A DNA stretch of 64,000 nt from Eledone cirrhosa (Eukaryota), in contig OZ024741.1 in the NCBI GenBank assembly GCA_964016885.1, forward strand, positions 363,630,001 to 363,694,000, in the 5' to 3' direction. Below the pieces are notes generated by a model. The model had not been told where the DNA came from. It worked only from the letters and a program-made list of their open reading frames with translations, and made no database searches. How positions within the stretch are numbered: position 1 is the first letter of the stretch; every line of letters starts with the position of its first letter. Position numbers and translations under genes: made by a program. Shown here in pieces: positions 53,737 through 64,000 of this stretch.

Positions 53737-53830
53737 ACCCCTTGAGAAGCTCGGCTATTTAAATACCAGGATAAATTTTCATTTAGTCTAGAATTAGCCG
53801 TCGAAACGGCTTGAGCTCAGCCGTCGGGGT
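53737..53830 (+). ncRNA. Type I hammerhead, U3-A8 variant with full stem III
   Basis: ACCCC-TTGAGAA-gctCGGCTA[..]TAGCCGtc-GAAA-CGGCT(tgagctc)AGCCG-TC-GGGGT. Confidence 0.8.
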
Positions 53831-54008
53831 CTTACTGGTTCCTATTACCCACTCTACTACCCTAAGTATTGAGTACTTTGGTGCGTTATGGTCCACCTGG
53901 TTCCTTACCACATTTCCTTCCTTAATGCAATGAAATATCTATGATCGTCGGCAAATCACTGATGAGGGACTCATTTTATAACATGTTATCCATGTGCAAC
54001 CTGCATAT

Positions 54009-54064
<56 letters not shown>

Positions 54065-54074
<10 letters not shown>

Positions 54075-54771
54075 ATAGTAACATACGTGAACGGCAAAGC
54101 ATAAGCGAACTAAGGAAGCAATTAGAAATAAGAGGGATCAGATGTTGTTTACTCGAGAGAAGGCTACGTTGGCATGGTCACGTGATGCGCATGAAAGACG
54201 ACAGCTGTATAACAAAGTGCAGGGCAATAAAGATAGACGGTAGCTACGGAGTAGGCAGACCCAGAAAAACCTGGGACGAGCTGATAAATTCCGACCTCAC
54301 ACACTTACACCTCTCCAAGACAATGTCACTGGACCGAGACCTTTGGCGGTACTCAGTAATAGAGAAGACCCGCCTTACCTAAATACAAAGTAAAACCTAC
54401 TACAGTCAGTAGGCATCTCTAACAAAATAGACCCCCGTCCCACCACCCCACCCCATCCACACCACCCCTTTCAATGTAAAGTTATGTTGGTGCCACAACA
54501 TCCAGGCCGAAACAAATGAGATTGTGTAGGTGTCACGACAAAAAAAACACACAGTCCACGCTGTAATGTGGCCGTGTAGGCAACACGGTAAAAACCTCCC
54601 ATCCCCACACTGTAAATGTGGTTGGTGTTAGGAAGGGCATCCAGCTGTAGAAAACCTGCCAGACAGTCCTATGCGAGCAAGACAATCACTCTTGCCTAAA
54701 GTGGGAAAACCCCCGTCCAAACCCATGCAAGCGTGGAACACGAACGTTAAACGTTGATGATGATGATGATG

Positions 54772-54773
<2 letters not shown>
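54065..54773 (+). mobile_element. RTE LINE 3' fragment
   Basis: [21 protein letters not shown] followed by 3' UTR and (GAT)n. Confidence 0.92.
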
Positions 54774-54827
<54 letters not shown>

Positions 54828-55033
54828 ATAATAATAAATTTGAAGACTAAAATCCAAAGAGGGCTCCATAAGGATAAATATATATCAAATATATAAGAAC
54901 CTTAGAGCAAATATATGTGTGTGTGTGTGTGTGTATATATATGTGTGTATGTGTGTGTATATATGTGTATATATGTATATATATATATGCACATGTATAT
55001 ATATATATATATATATGTATAAGTATATATATA

Positions 55034-55104
<71 letters not shown>

Positions 55105-55153
55105 ATATGTATGTGTGTGTATATATGTGTGTGTGTGTGTATATATGTGTATA

Positions 55154-58100
55154 TCATCATCATCATCATCATCAACGTTTAACGTCCGTGTTCCACGCTT
55201 GCATGGGTTTGGACGGGGGTAGTCCCACTTGAGGCAAGAGTGATTGTCTTGCTCGCATAGGACTGTCTGGCAGGTTTTCTACAGTTGGATGCCCTTCCTA
55301 ACACCAACCACATTTACAGTGTGGGTCTGGGAGGTTTTTACCGTGTTGCCTACACGGCCACATTACAGCGTGGACTGTGTGTTTTTTTGTCGTGACACCT
55401 ACACGATCTCATTTGTTTCGGTCCGGATGGCGCGGCACCAACATAACTTTACATAGAACGGGGTGGTGTGGATGGGGTGGGGGTGGTGGCGGGACGGGGT
55501 GTAGTTTGTTAGAGATGCCTACTGGCAAGGCGGGTCTTCTCTGTTACTGAGTACCGCCAAAGGTCACGGTCCAGTGACATTGTCTTGGAGAGGTGTAAGT
55601 GTGTGAGGTCGGAGTTTATCAGCTCATCCCATGTTTTTCTAGGTCTGCCTATTCCGTGGCTACCGTCTATCTTTATTGCCCTGCACTTTGTAATACAGCT
55701 ATCGACTTTCATGCGCATCACGTGTCCATACCAACGCAGCCTTCTCTCGAGTAAACAACATCTGATCCCTCTTATCTCTAATTTTTTCCTTAGTTCGTTT
55801 ATGCTTTGCCGTTCACGTATATTACTGTTACACATCCAGCGGAGCATGCAAGCTTCGTTCCTCTCTAGTCTGCGTATATCCTCTGCACACAATGCCCAGG
55901 TCTCACTACCCTGCAACATTGCTGTTCGTATGCAGGCATCGTACAACCTGCCTTTCATTTTTAGGGAGAACCCTTTAGCAGCTAATAGTGGTATAAGCTC
56001 TCTGAACTTTTTCCAACCAGTTCTGACTCTAGCTACAGTACTTTCAGAGCACCCTCCCCCACTGCTGATTTTATCGCCCAGGTAACGGAAGCTGTCCACT
56101 ATTTCTATAGAACCCTCTGCGCAATTGAAAGAGCTAGTATTTTGTGGGCACTTGCTGCTACTTATTGCACCAGAACACCGGCCACATGTAAAGTCTATGT
56201 TCTTAGTTAGCTTACCTGTGATCCCACTACATCTTTTATGCACCCATACTTTGCATTTAGGACATAAGATGGAGTTTCTACCTACGCCTTTCCTACATAC
56301 CGAGCACGACCATTTCCCAGAAGGGACCGCCGCCTTGTTTTCTTTCCTACAAACTAGAACTTTGGTCTTAGCCAGGTTAATTTTAAGTCCTTTTGACTCT
56401 AGGCCGTGCTTCCATGTTTGGAATTTCTTCTCTAGCTCGGCCATTGATTCCGCTATGAGTGTCAGGTCGTCTGCGTATAGGAGTTCCCATGGGCAGCCTG
56501 TCTTGAACTCCTCTGTTATAGCCTGAAGGGCAATAATAAATAGTAGGGGGCTGAGAACAGAGCCCTGATAGACGCCAACTTTTACGCTAAACTCTTCACT
56601 ATATTCGTTGTTAATTCTAACCTTGCTGACTGTTTCTTTATACATGGCTTGTATAGCCCTCACAAGCCATTCGTCAACGCCTAGTTTTCTAAGAGCCCAC
56701 CAGATAATGGAGCGGGGGACTCTGTCGAAGGCTTTCTCCAGGTCGACAAAAGCTAAGTAGAGGGGTTTACCTTTAGCTAGGTACTTCTCCTGTAGTTGTC
56801 GTACTATGAAAAGAGCGTCTGTGGTGCTTTTGCCTGACACAAACCCGAACTGCATTTCATCTAGATCAATTCTCTCTCTGATTAGTTGCGCTATTACTTT
56901 TTCCGTGACCTTCATGACCTGGTCGATTAATTTAATGCCTCTATAGTTACTCCTATCTAGGGCGTCTCCTTTACCCTTATAACAGTTAACGATGATGCTG
57001 CTATGCCAGTCCTTCGGAACAACCCCATTCTGTACGACTTGGTTAACTATGCGGGTGACCATGGTGTGTCCCACCGTGCCAGATGCCTTCAGCATCTCAG
57101 CAACTATTTCCGAAGGCCCAGCCGCCTTACCAGTCTTCATATCCTTGATTGCCTTACTTATTATACTCCCCTCGACTAACACTGCTGGTCCCTCTATCGG
57201 GTCGATATGGGGGAGACTGTCTTTCTCCCATTTATTCTCCTCATTTAGTAGCCTTTCATAGTGACACTTCCAAGCTACCTTCTTATCAGTGTCGGTGATG
57301 GCAAGTATGCCATCATCGTTAAGTACACACTTCTCCCCGACAATATCACGGTTTTCCTTGACGCATTGCCTGGCAATCCTGAACACCTCACGTTTTTGGT
57401 CATCGCGTTGTAGAACATGCTTGAACTTTCTTTCCTCAGCTTCCCTTCTTGCTAAGTACACTTCTCTCCTAGCTTCCCTCCTGGCCACTTGATAGTCTAC
57501 TCTACTTCCCCCATCCCGCCATACTTTCCAAGCCTGCTTTTTGGCCTTAATTGACCCCTCCACCCTATTATTCCACCACCATGTTACTCTCCTCCTGCCT
57601 ACAGGCCTGCTCCAGCCACAGACTTCGTCTGTCGCCAACAGCAGGTTTGCTTTCAGAAATTTCCACTGTCCCTCTATATTGTCCGATTCTAGATGCTCTT
57701 CCTTACTGTCGAAAGCATCAAGTAATATGCTTTGAAATTTATTTCTGGCTGTGGGGTCCTTTAGTTTCCATATTTTCCTCCTGAGGATAGTCCTCTTCTG
57801 CTGTCGGGTACGTCTCGTCCTGACTATGAGGTCGCTAATTATCAGTCTATGTTGGGAGGTGCATTCTTCATGGGGGAGGGATTTAGTGTTTACAACAGAC
57901 ACTCTGTCACGTCTTCTGGTAAGGATATAATCTACCTGGCTTGTGTGTTCCCCGGATCTATAGGTAATCAGGTGATTGTCACGTTTTTTGAAGTTAGTGT
58001 TACAGATAGTTAGGTTATTTGCATCACAGTATTCCAGGATTCTGGAGCCTTCCTCATTTCTAGTACCAAACCCATAGCCTCCATGGATTTCGTCGTAGCC

Positions 58101-59270
58101 GTCACAATGTTGTCCAACGTGACCATTTAGGTCGCCTGCAATAATTATATAGTCACTGTCAGATATTTGGGAGGTAGTTAGCAACAGTGTCTCATAGAAT
58201 CTGTCTTTTATAGTGCCGGGCAGTCCGGATTGGGGTGCGTACGCAGATATTACTGTCACCGTAGTTCTATTGAGGACAAGTCTTATTTTAATTATTCTGT
58301 CGTTCACTCTATTTACGTCTATTATCTTATCTGCCCACTTTTCTGCTACCATGATTCCTACTCCACCCAGCCCATCGTCGTTTCCCACCCAGAAAAGCTT
58401 ATAACATCGTTTTTTACCCTCAATGAATCTAGCAGACCCACCCCTCCACCTGGTCTCTTGAATACAACAAACATCGACCTCCTTACGTTCAAGCATTTCT
58501 ACAACCTCGTTAGCGCGACCCTTTAGGGTGCCTACATTTATGGTACCAACTCTGAAGTTTTGGGTTGCGTTTGGAGGGTGGGGGTGGTGGGGGGCGGGAG
58601 GAGATAGGGTTATGTTAGCCATCCGCGGACGAAACAAAGAGGAGTGCTCGCATTCTCGTCCACGAGGTGAATTTGACTTTAACTTTGGCATTTTCGCTCT
58701 GGGCGTCCAGATTTTTCTCTCCCTTCCACTCTCCAGGATTCCGCAGTCCGTCCGTCCATCCATCCATCCATCATATATCGAAGGCAACCGGGCAAGCGAT
58801 AGTATAGGCCTCTGGCTTATGATTTGGTCCGCGTAATAATAATAATGGTGATGCGTGGGGGTGGGGGGCTCTGGCTTATAATAATGGTGGTGATGCGGGG
58901 GGGGGGGGGGGGGGGCTCTGGCTTATGATTGGTCCACGTATTAAGTATGGTGGTGTGTGGGGGCGGGAGGGAGGGGTGTGGGGTAGCTAGCTGGAAGGTT
59001 ATGAATGTTTAACAAGCGATTTAACAAAAAGCAAAACTGCAAGATTTGTTCTGTTCAATACGACAAAAACACCGTATTTAAACCTTAAATAGATAACAAA
59101 AAAATACAGATTTCGGATTTTGCGAGATTGGATGTTTGTTTGGACTATGTACGAAATTGAGCGTGGAATGGAGAGAAGAATTTGTACTTTACGATTTACA
59201 TGAGTACATCATAGAAATAATTGAAGCAGCGGTGGATTGGCGAAAGTGAATAAACATGAAGGAGAACTTA
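55154..59270 (-). mobile_element. Full-length RTE LINE
   Basis: Single intact ORF, 3' UTR and (ATG)n tail; the 5' UTR has short C-rich repeats; 5' boundary approximate. Confidence 0.9.
55509..58787 (-). CDS. RTE ORF: APE + RT with PHD-like C4HC3 finger inserted after the RT core (true start probably a downstream ATG)
   Basis: INVGTL, IQETRW, SAYAP, GDLNGH, SQH; YRGIKL, DLEKAFDRV, QGSVLSP, YADD; CSVC..CPKC..H..C..CGRC. Confidence 0.93.
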   Translation of the reverse strand: MPSIYDGWMDGRTDCGILESGRERKIWTPRAKMPKLKSNSPRGRECEHSSLFRPRMANITLSPPAPHHPHPPNATQNFRVGTINVGTLKGRANEVVEMLERKEVDVCCIQETRWRGGSARFIEGKKRCYKLFWVGNDDGLGGVGIMVAEKWADKIIDVNRVNDRIIKIRLVLNRTTVTVISAYAPQSGLPGTIKDRFYETLLLTTSQISDSDYIIIAGDLNGHVGQHCDGYDEIHGGYGFGTRNEEGSRILEYCDANNLTICNTNFKKRDNHLITYRSGEHTSQVDYILTRRRDRVSVVNTKSLPHEECTSQHRLIISDLIVRTRRTRQQKRTILRRKIWKLKDPTARNKFQSILLDAFDSKEEHLESDNIEGQWKFLKANLLLATDEVCGWSRPVGRRRVTWWWNNRVEGSIKAKKQAWKVWRDGGSRVDYQVARREARREVYLARREAEERKFKHVLQRDDQKREVFRIARQCVKENRDIVGEKCVLNDDGILAITDTDKKVAWKCHYERLLNEENKWEKDSLPHIDPIEGPAVLVEGSIISKAIKDMKTGKAAGPSEIVAEMLKASGTVGHTMVTRIVNQVVQNGVVPKDWHSSIIVNCYKGKGDALDRSNYRGIKLIDQVMKVTEKVIAQLIRERIDLDEMQFGFVSGKSTTDALFIVRQLQEKYLAKGKPLYLAFVDLEKAFDRVPRSIIWWALRKLGVDEWLVRAIQAMYKETVSKVRINNEYSEEFSVKVGVYQGSVLSPLLFIIALQAITEEFKTGCPWELLYADDLTLIAESMAELEKKFQTWKHGLESKGLKINLAKTKVLVCRKENKAAVPSGKWSCSVCRKGVGRNSILCPKCKVWVHKRCSGITGKLTKNIDFTCGRCSGAISSSKCPQNTSSFNCAEGSIEIVDSFRYLGDKISSGGGCSESTVARVRTGWKKFRELIPLLAAKGFSLKMKGRLYDACIRTAMLQGSETWALCAEDIRRLERNEACMLRWMCNSNIRERQSINELRKKLEIRGIRCCLLERRLRWYGHVMRMKVDSCITKCRAIKIDGSHGIGRPRKTWDELINSDLTHLHLSKTMSLDRDLWRYSVTEKTRLASRHL

Positions 59271-59273
59271 TCT

Positions 59274-59310
<37 letters not shown>

Positions 59311-59535
59311 AGCTATGGAACTTATCTTATATATATATATGTGTGTGTAGCTATGGTGTATGTGTGTATATATATATATGTGTGTGTATGTATGTATATA
59401 TGTATATATGTGTATATGTGTGTGTGTGTGTGTATTTATATATGTGTGTGTGTATATATATATATGTATGTGTGTATGTATGTGTGTAATTGTATATGCA
59501 TATGTGTATATGTATATATGTATATATATATATAA

Positions 59536-59619
<84 letters not shown>

Positions 59620-59620
<1 letters not shown>

Positions 59621-60212
59621 TGTGTGTGTGTATATATATATGTATATGTGTATGTGTGTGTGTGTATGGGTGCGCGCGAGTGTGTGAGTGAGTGTGTTTG
59701 TGAATGTGTCTGTTGATTTTTGGCATATGGTTGAATAGTTTAAGAGAAATTTGAGGATAATTGTATGATATGCACTCAATACTTTGAATTTGTCTACAGA
59801 ATTCTCTAAACCTTTGTCACTTAGTAGAACCTTAAAGAAATTACCTTTTAAAGAATCTCCCTTTCCTTTAAATCTATCTACCATGACTGACCCCCCACTG
59901 ATCTTATAGACACCTGTTAAGAGAAACTTAATAATAAGGAGTGGCACCCTATCCTGAACATGTTTATAGAATTCTTTCGGCCTTTGTTACTCTAAAAATA
60001 AAAATAAAAAAAACTATAGCTTTGTAGAATTAGCTTCTAATGAATTCCCTTTTCTATCAACCAATGACCTACACCCATCCCACACACCACCCTCTCCTAC
60101 CACTTGTAGAGACCTATAAATACCATACTTATTTTTTGATACCCAGATTCCTGATGATTTCTAAAGAATGAAACAGTTCTAGTCCTGTAGAATCTCATCT
60201 ATATTAAAACCT
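59620..60212 (+). mobile_element. PLE-type 3' UTR with hammerhead-like motif (near 60150)
   Basis: Reverse complement of 43485-44060. Confidence 0.7.
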
Positions 60213-60275
60213 ATATATATGTATATATATATAATGTATATATATATATATGTGCATATATATAATATGTATATA

Positions 60276-63200
60276 TCATCATCATCATCATCATCATCAT
60301 CGTTTAACGTCCATGTTTCACGCTTGCATGGGTTTGGACGGGAATTTTCCCCACTTGAGTGGTTGTCTTGCTCGCATAGGACAGTCTGGCGGGTTTTCTA
60401 CAGTTGGATGCCCTTCCTAACACCAACCACATTTACAGTGTGGGACTGGGAGGTTTTTACCGTGTTGCCTACACGGCCACATTACAGCGTGGACTGTGTG
60501 TTTTTTTTTGTCGTGACACCTACACGATCTCATTTGTTTCGGCCTGGATGTTGTGGCACCAACATAACTTTACATTGAAAGGGGCGGTGTGGATAGGGTG
60601 GGGGTGGTGGGACGGGGGTGTATTTTGTTAGAGATGCCTACTGGCTGTAGTAGGTTTTACTTTGTATTTAGGTAAGGCGGGTCTTCTCTATTACTGAGTG
60701 CCGCCAAAGATCTCGGTCCAGTGACATTGTCTTGGAGAGGGGTAAGTGTGTGAGGTCGGAGTTTATCAGGTCGTCCCAGGTTTTTCTACTCCGTGGCTAC
60801 CGTCTATCTTTATTGCCCTGCACTTTTTTATACAGCTGTCGTCTTTCATGCGCATCACGTGACCATACTAACGTAGCCTTCTCTCGAGTAAACAACATCT
60901 GATCCCTCTTATTTCTAATTTTTCCCTTAGTTCGTTTATGCTTTGCCGTTCGCGTATATTACTATTACACATCCAGCGGAGCATGCAAGCTTCGTTCCTC
61001 TCTAGTCTGCGTATATCCTCTGCACACAATGCCCAGGTCTCACTGCCATGCAACATTGCTGTTCGTATGCAGGCATCATACAGCCTGCCTTTCATTTTTA
61101 GGGAGAACCCTTTAGCGGCTAATAGTGGTATAAGCTCTCTGAACTTTTTCCATCCAGTTCTGACTCTAGTTACTGTATTTTCAGAGCACCCTCCCCCACT
61201 GCTGATTTTCTCACCCAGGTAACGGAAGCTGTCCACTATTTCTATAGAACCCTCTGCGCAATTGAAAGAGCTAGTATTTGGTGGGCACTTGCTGCTACTT
61301 ATTGCACCAGAGCATCGGCCACATGTAAAATCTATGTTCTTAGTTAGCTTACCTATGATCCCACTACATCTTTTATGCACCCATACTTTGCATTTGGGAC
61401 ATAAAATGGAGTTTCTACCTACGCCTTTCCTACACACTGAGCATGGCCATTTCCCGGAAGGGACCGGTGCCTTATTTTCTTCCCTACAAACTAGAACTTT
61501 AGTCTTAGCCAGGTTAATTTTAAGGCCTTTTGATTCTAGGCCGTGCTTCCATGTTTGGAATTTCTTCTCTAGCTCGGCCATTGATTCAGCTATGAGCGTT
61601 AGATCATCTGCGTATAGGAGTTCCCATGGGCAGCCGGTCTTGAACTCCACTGTTATAGCCTGAGGGGCAATAATAAATAGTCGGGGGCTAAGAACAGAGC
61701 CCTGATGAACACCAACTTTTACGCTAAACTCTTCACTATATTCGTTGTTAATTCTAACCTTGCTGACTGTTTCTTTATACATGGCTTGTATAGCTCTCAC
61801 AAGCCATTCATCAACACCTAGTTTTCTAAGAGGCCACCAGATAATGGAACGGGGGACTCTGTCGAAGGCTTTCTCCGAGTCGATGAAAGCTAAGTATAGG
61901 GGTTTACTTTTAGCTAGGTACTTCTCCTGTAGTTGTCGTACAATGAAAAGAGCGTCTGTGGTACTTTTGTCTGACACAAACCCGAACTGCATTTCATCTA
62001 GATCGATTCTCTCTCTGATTAGTTGCGCTATTACTTTTTCCGTGACCTTCATGACCTGGTCGATTAATTTAATGCCTCTATAGTTACTCCTATCTAGGGC
62101 GTCTCCTTTACCCTTGTAGCAGTTAATGATGATGCTGCTATGCCAGTCCGTCGGAACAACCCCATTCTGTATGACTTGGTTTACTATCCGTGTGACCATG
62201 GTGTGTCCCACCGTTCCAGAGGCTTTCAGCATTTCAGCAACTATTTCCGAAGGCCCAGCCGCCTAACCCGTCTTCATATCTTTGATTGCCTTACTTATTA
62301 TACTACCTTCGACTAACACTCTATTGGGTCGATGTGGGGGAGACTTTCTTTCTCCCATTTATTCTCCTCATTTAGTAGCCTTTCGTAGTGACACTTCCAA
62401 GCTACCTTCTTATCAGCGTCAGTGATGGCAAGTACGCCATCATCATTAAGTACACACTTCTCCCCGACAATATCACGGTTTTCCTTGACACATTGCCTAG
62501 CAATCCTGAACACCTCACGTTTTTGGTCCTCGCGTTGAAGAACATGCTTGAACTTTCTTTCCTCTGCTTCCCTTCTTGCGAAGTACACTTGTCTCCTAGC
62601 TTCCCTCCTGGCCACTTGATAGTCTTCTCTACTTCCCCCATCCCGCCATACTTTCCAAGCCTGCTTTTTGGCCTTAATTGACTCCTCCACCTTACTGTTC
62701 CACCACTATGTTACTCTCCTCCTGCCTAGAGGCCTGCTCCAGCCACAGACTTCGTCTGCCGCCATCAGCAGGTTTGCTTTCAGGAATTGCCACTGTTCCT
62801 CTATATTGTACGACTCTAATTGCTCTTCCTTACTGTTGAAAGCATCAAGTAATATGCTTTTAAATTTATTTCTGGCTGTGGGGTCCTTTAGCTTCCATAT
62901 TTTTCTCCTGAGGATAGTCCTCTTCTGCTGTCGAGTACGTCTCGTCCTGACTATGAGGTCGCTAATTATCAGTCTATGTTGGGAGGTGCATTCTTCATAG
63001 GGGAGGGATTTAGTGTTTACAACAGACACTCTGTCACGTCTTCTGGTAAGGATATAATCTACCTGGCTGGTATGTTCCCCTGATCTGTAGGTGATCAAGT
63101 GATTGTCTCGTTTTTTGAAGTTAGTGTTACAGATAGTTAGGTTATTTGCATCACAGAATTCCAGGATTCTGGAGCCTTCCTCATTTCTAGTACCAAACCC

Positions 63201-64000
63201 ATAGCCTCCGTGGATTCCGTCATAGCCGTCACAATTTTGACCAACATGGCCATTTAGGTCGCCAGCAATAATTATATAGTCACTGTCGGTTATTTGGGAG
63301 GTAGTGAGCATCAGTGTCTCATAGAATCTCTCTTTTATAGCGCCAGGCAGTCTGGATTGGGGCGCGTATGCCGATATTACTGTCACAGTAGTTCTATTTA
63401 GAACAAGTCTTATTTTAATTATTCTATCATTTACTCTATTTACATCTATTATCTTATCCACCCATTTTTCTGCTAACATGATTCCTACCCCACCTATCCC
63501 ATTGTCATTTCCCACCCAGAAAAGCTTATAGCAACGTTTTTTACCCACAATGAATCTAGCAGACGCGCCCCTCCACCTGGACTCTTGGATACAGCAAACA
63601 TCAACCTCCTTACGTTCAAGCATTTCTACAAGCTCGTTAGAGCGGCCTTTTAAGGTGCCTACATTTATGGTACCAACTCTGAAGTTTTGGATTGTGTTTG
63701 GAGGATGGGGCGCAGGGATGGGTGAGGGGGATGGGGTTGGGGTTATGTTGGCCATCCACGGACGAAACAAAGAGGAGGGGGCCTTGCCCTTTCGTCCGGC
63801 AGCATGAGGTGAATTTGTCGTTATCTTTGGCATTGTCATCGAGTGTCCAGATTCTTCAGACTCTCCAGAAATTCCATAGTCCATCCATTATATCGAAAAG
63901 CAGCCAGAAGTGATAGCATAGGCCGTTGACTTGTGATTGGTCCAAATAATAAGGTGGAGAGTGGGGGCGGGAGGGAGGGGTATGGGGTAGTTAGCAAAGA
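60276..64000 (-). pseudogene. Second RTE LINE copy, disrupted by stops and frameshifts
   Basis: ORF pieces 62706..63884, 62313..62690 and 60868..62232 are collinear with the 55509 ORF. Confidence 0.93.

Larger units (their letters stand above)
50797..54010 (-). mobile_element. Penelope-like element with inverted pLTR (ORF 52073..53074 on -, inverted RT piece 53075..53270, 3' UTR copy 53271..54010 on +)
   Basis: VNFLDVTL, SNHP, WFNPP, CNC..CPL..C, VIY..YIG; the + piece has GGLYRDDG; the UTR is duplicated in opposite orientation. Confidence 0.92.

Overview
Gene-free, repeat-saturated eukaryotic DNA, very likely from an octopus/cephalopod (inferred from the SINE/RTE tails and the extreme (TA)n/(CA)n content), with one 200-N gap. 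It contains: a G-rich 29/45-bp minisatellite; one intact tRNA-Asp(GTC); two CR1-group LINE families (one apparently full-length with intact ORF1 and ORF2); RTE LINEs (one with an intact 1092-aa ORF); several Penelope-like element (PLE) remnants; tRNA-derived SINEs; and more than 20 kb of patterned (TA)nTG arrays. Main results of the hunt: (1) both CR1-group LINE families carry a T_TTT_TTA slippery heptamer near the end of ORF1, from which the -1 frame runs open into an ORF2 that has no usable ATG, suggesting programmed -1 ribosomal frameshifting in non-LTR elements; (2) there are at least five distinct hammerhead-ribozyme motifs, including a U3-A8 covariant and a 467-bp non-coding retrozyme-like unit with an octamer motif; (3) the 'microsatellite' arrays hide a recurring higher-order element carrying ultra-short LINE 3' tails. 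Everything was read by eye: no alignments or database searches were run, and element boundaries are approximate.
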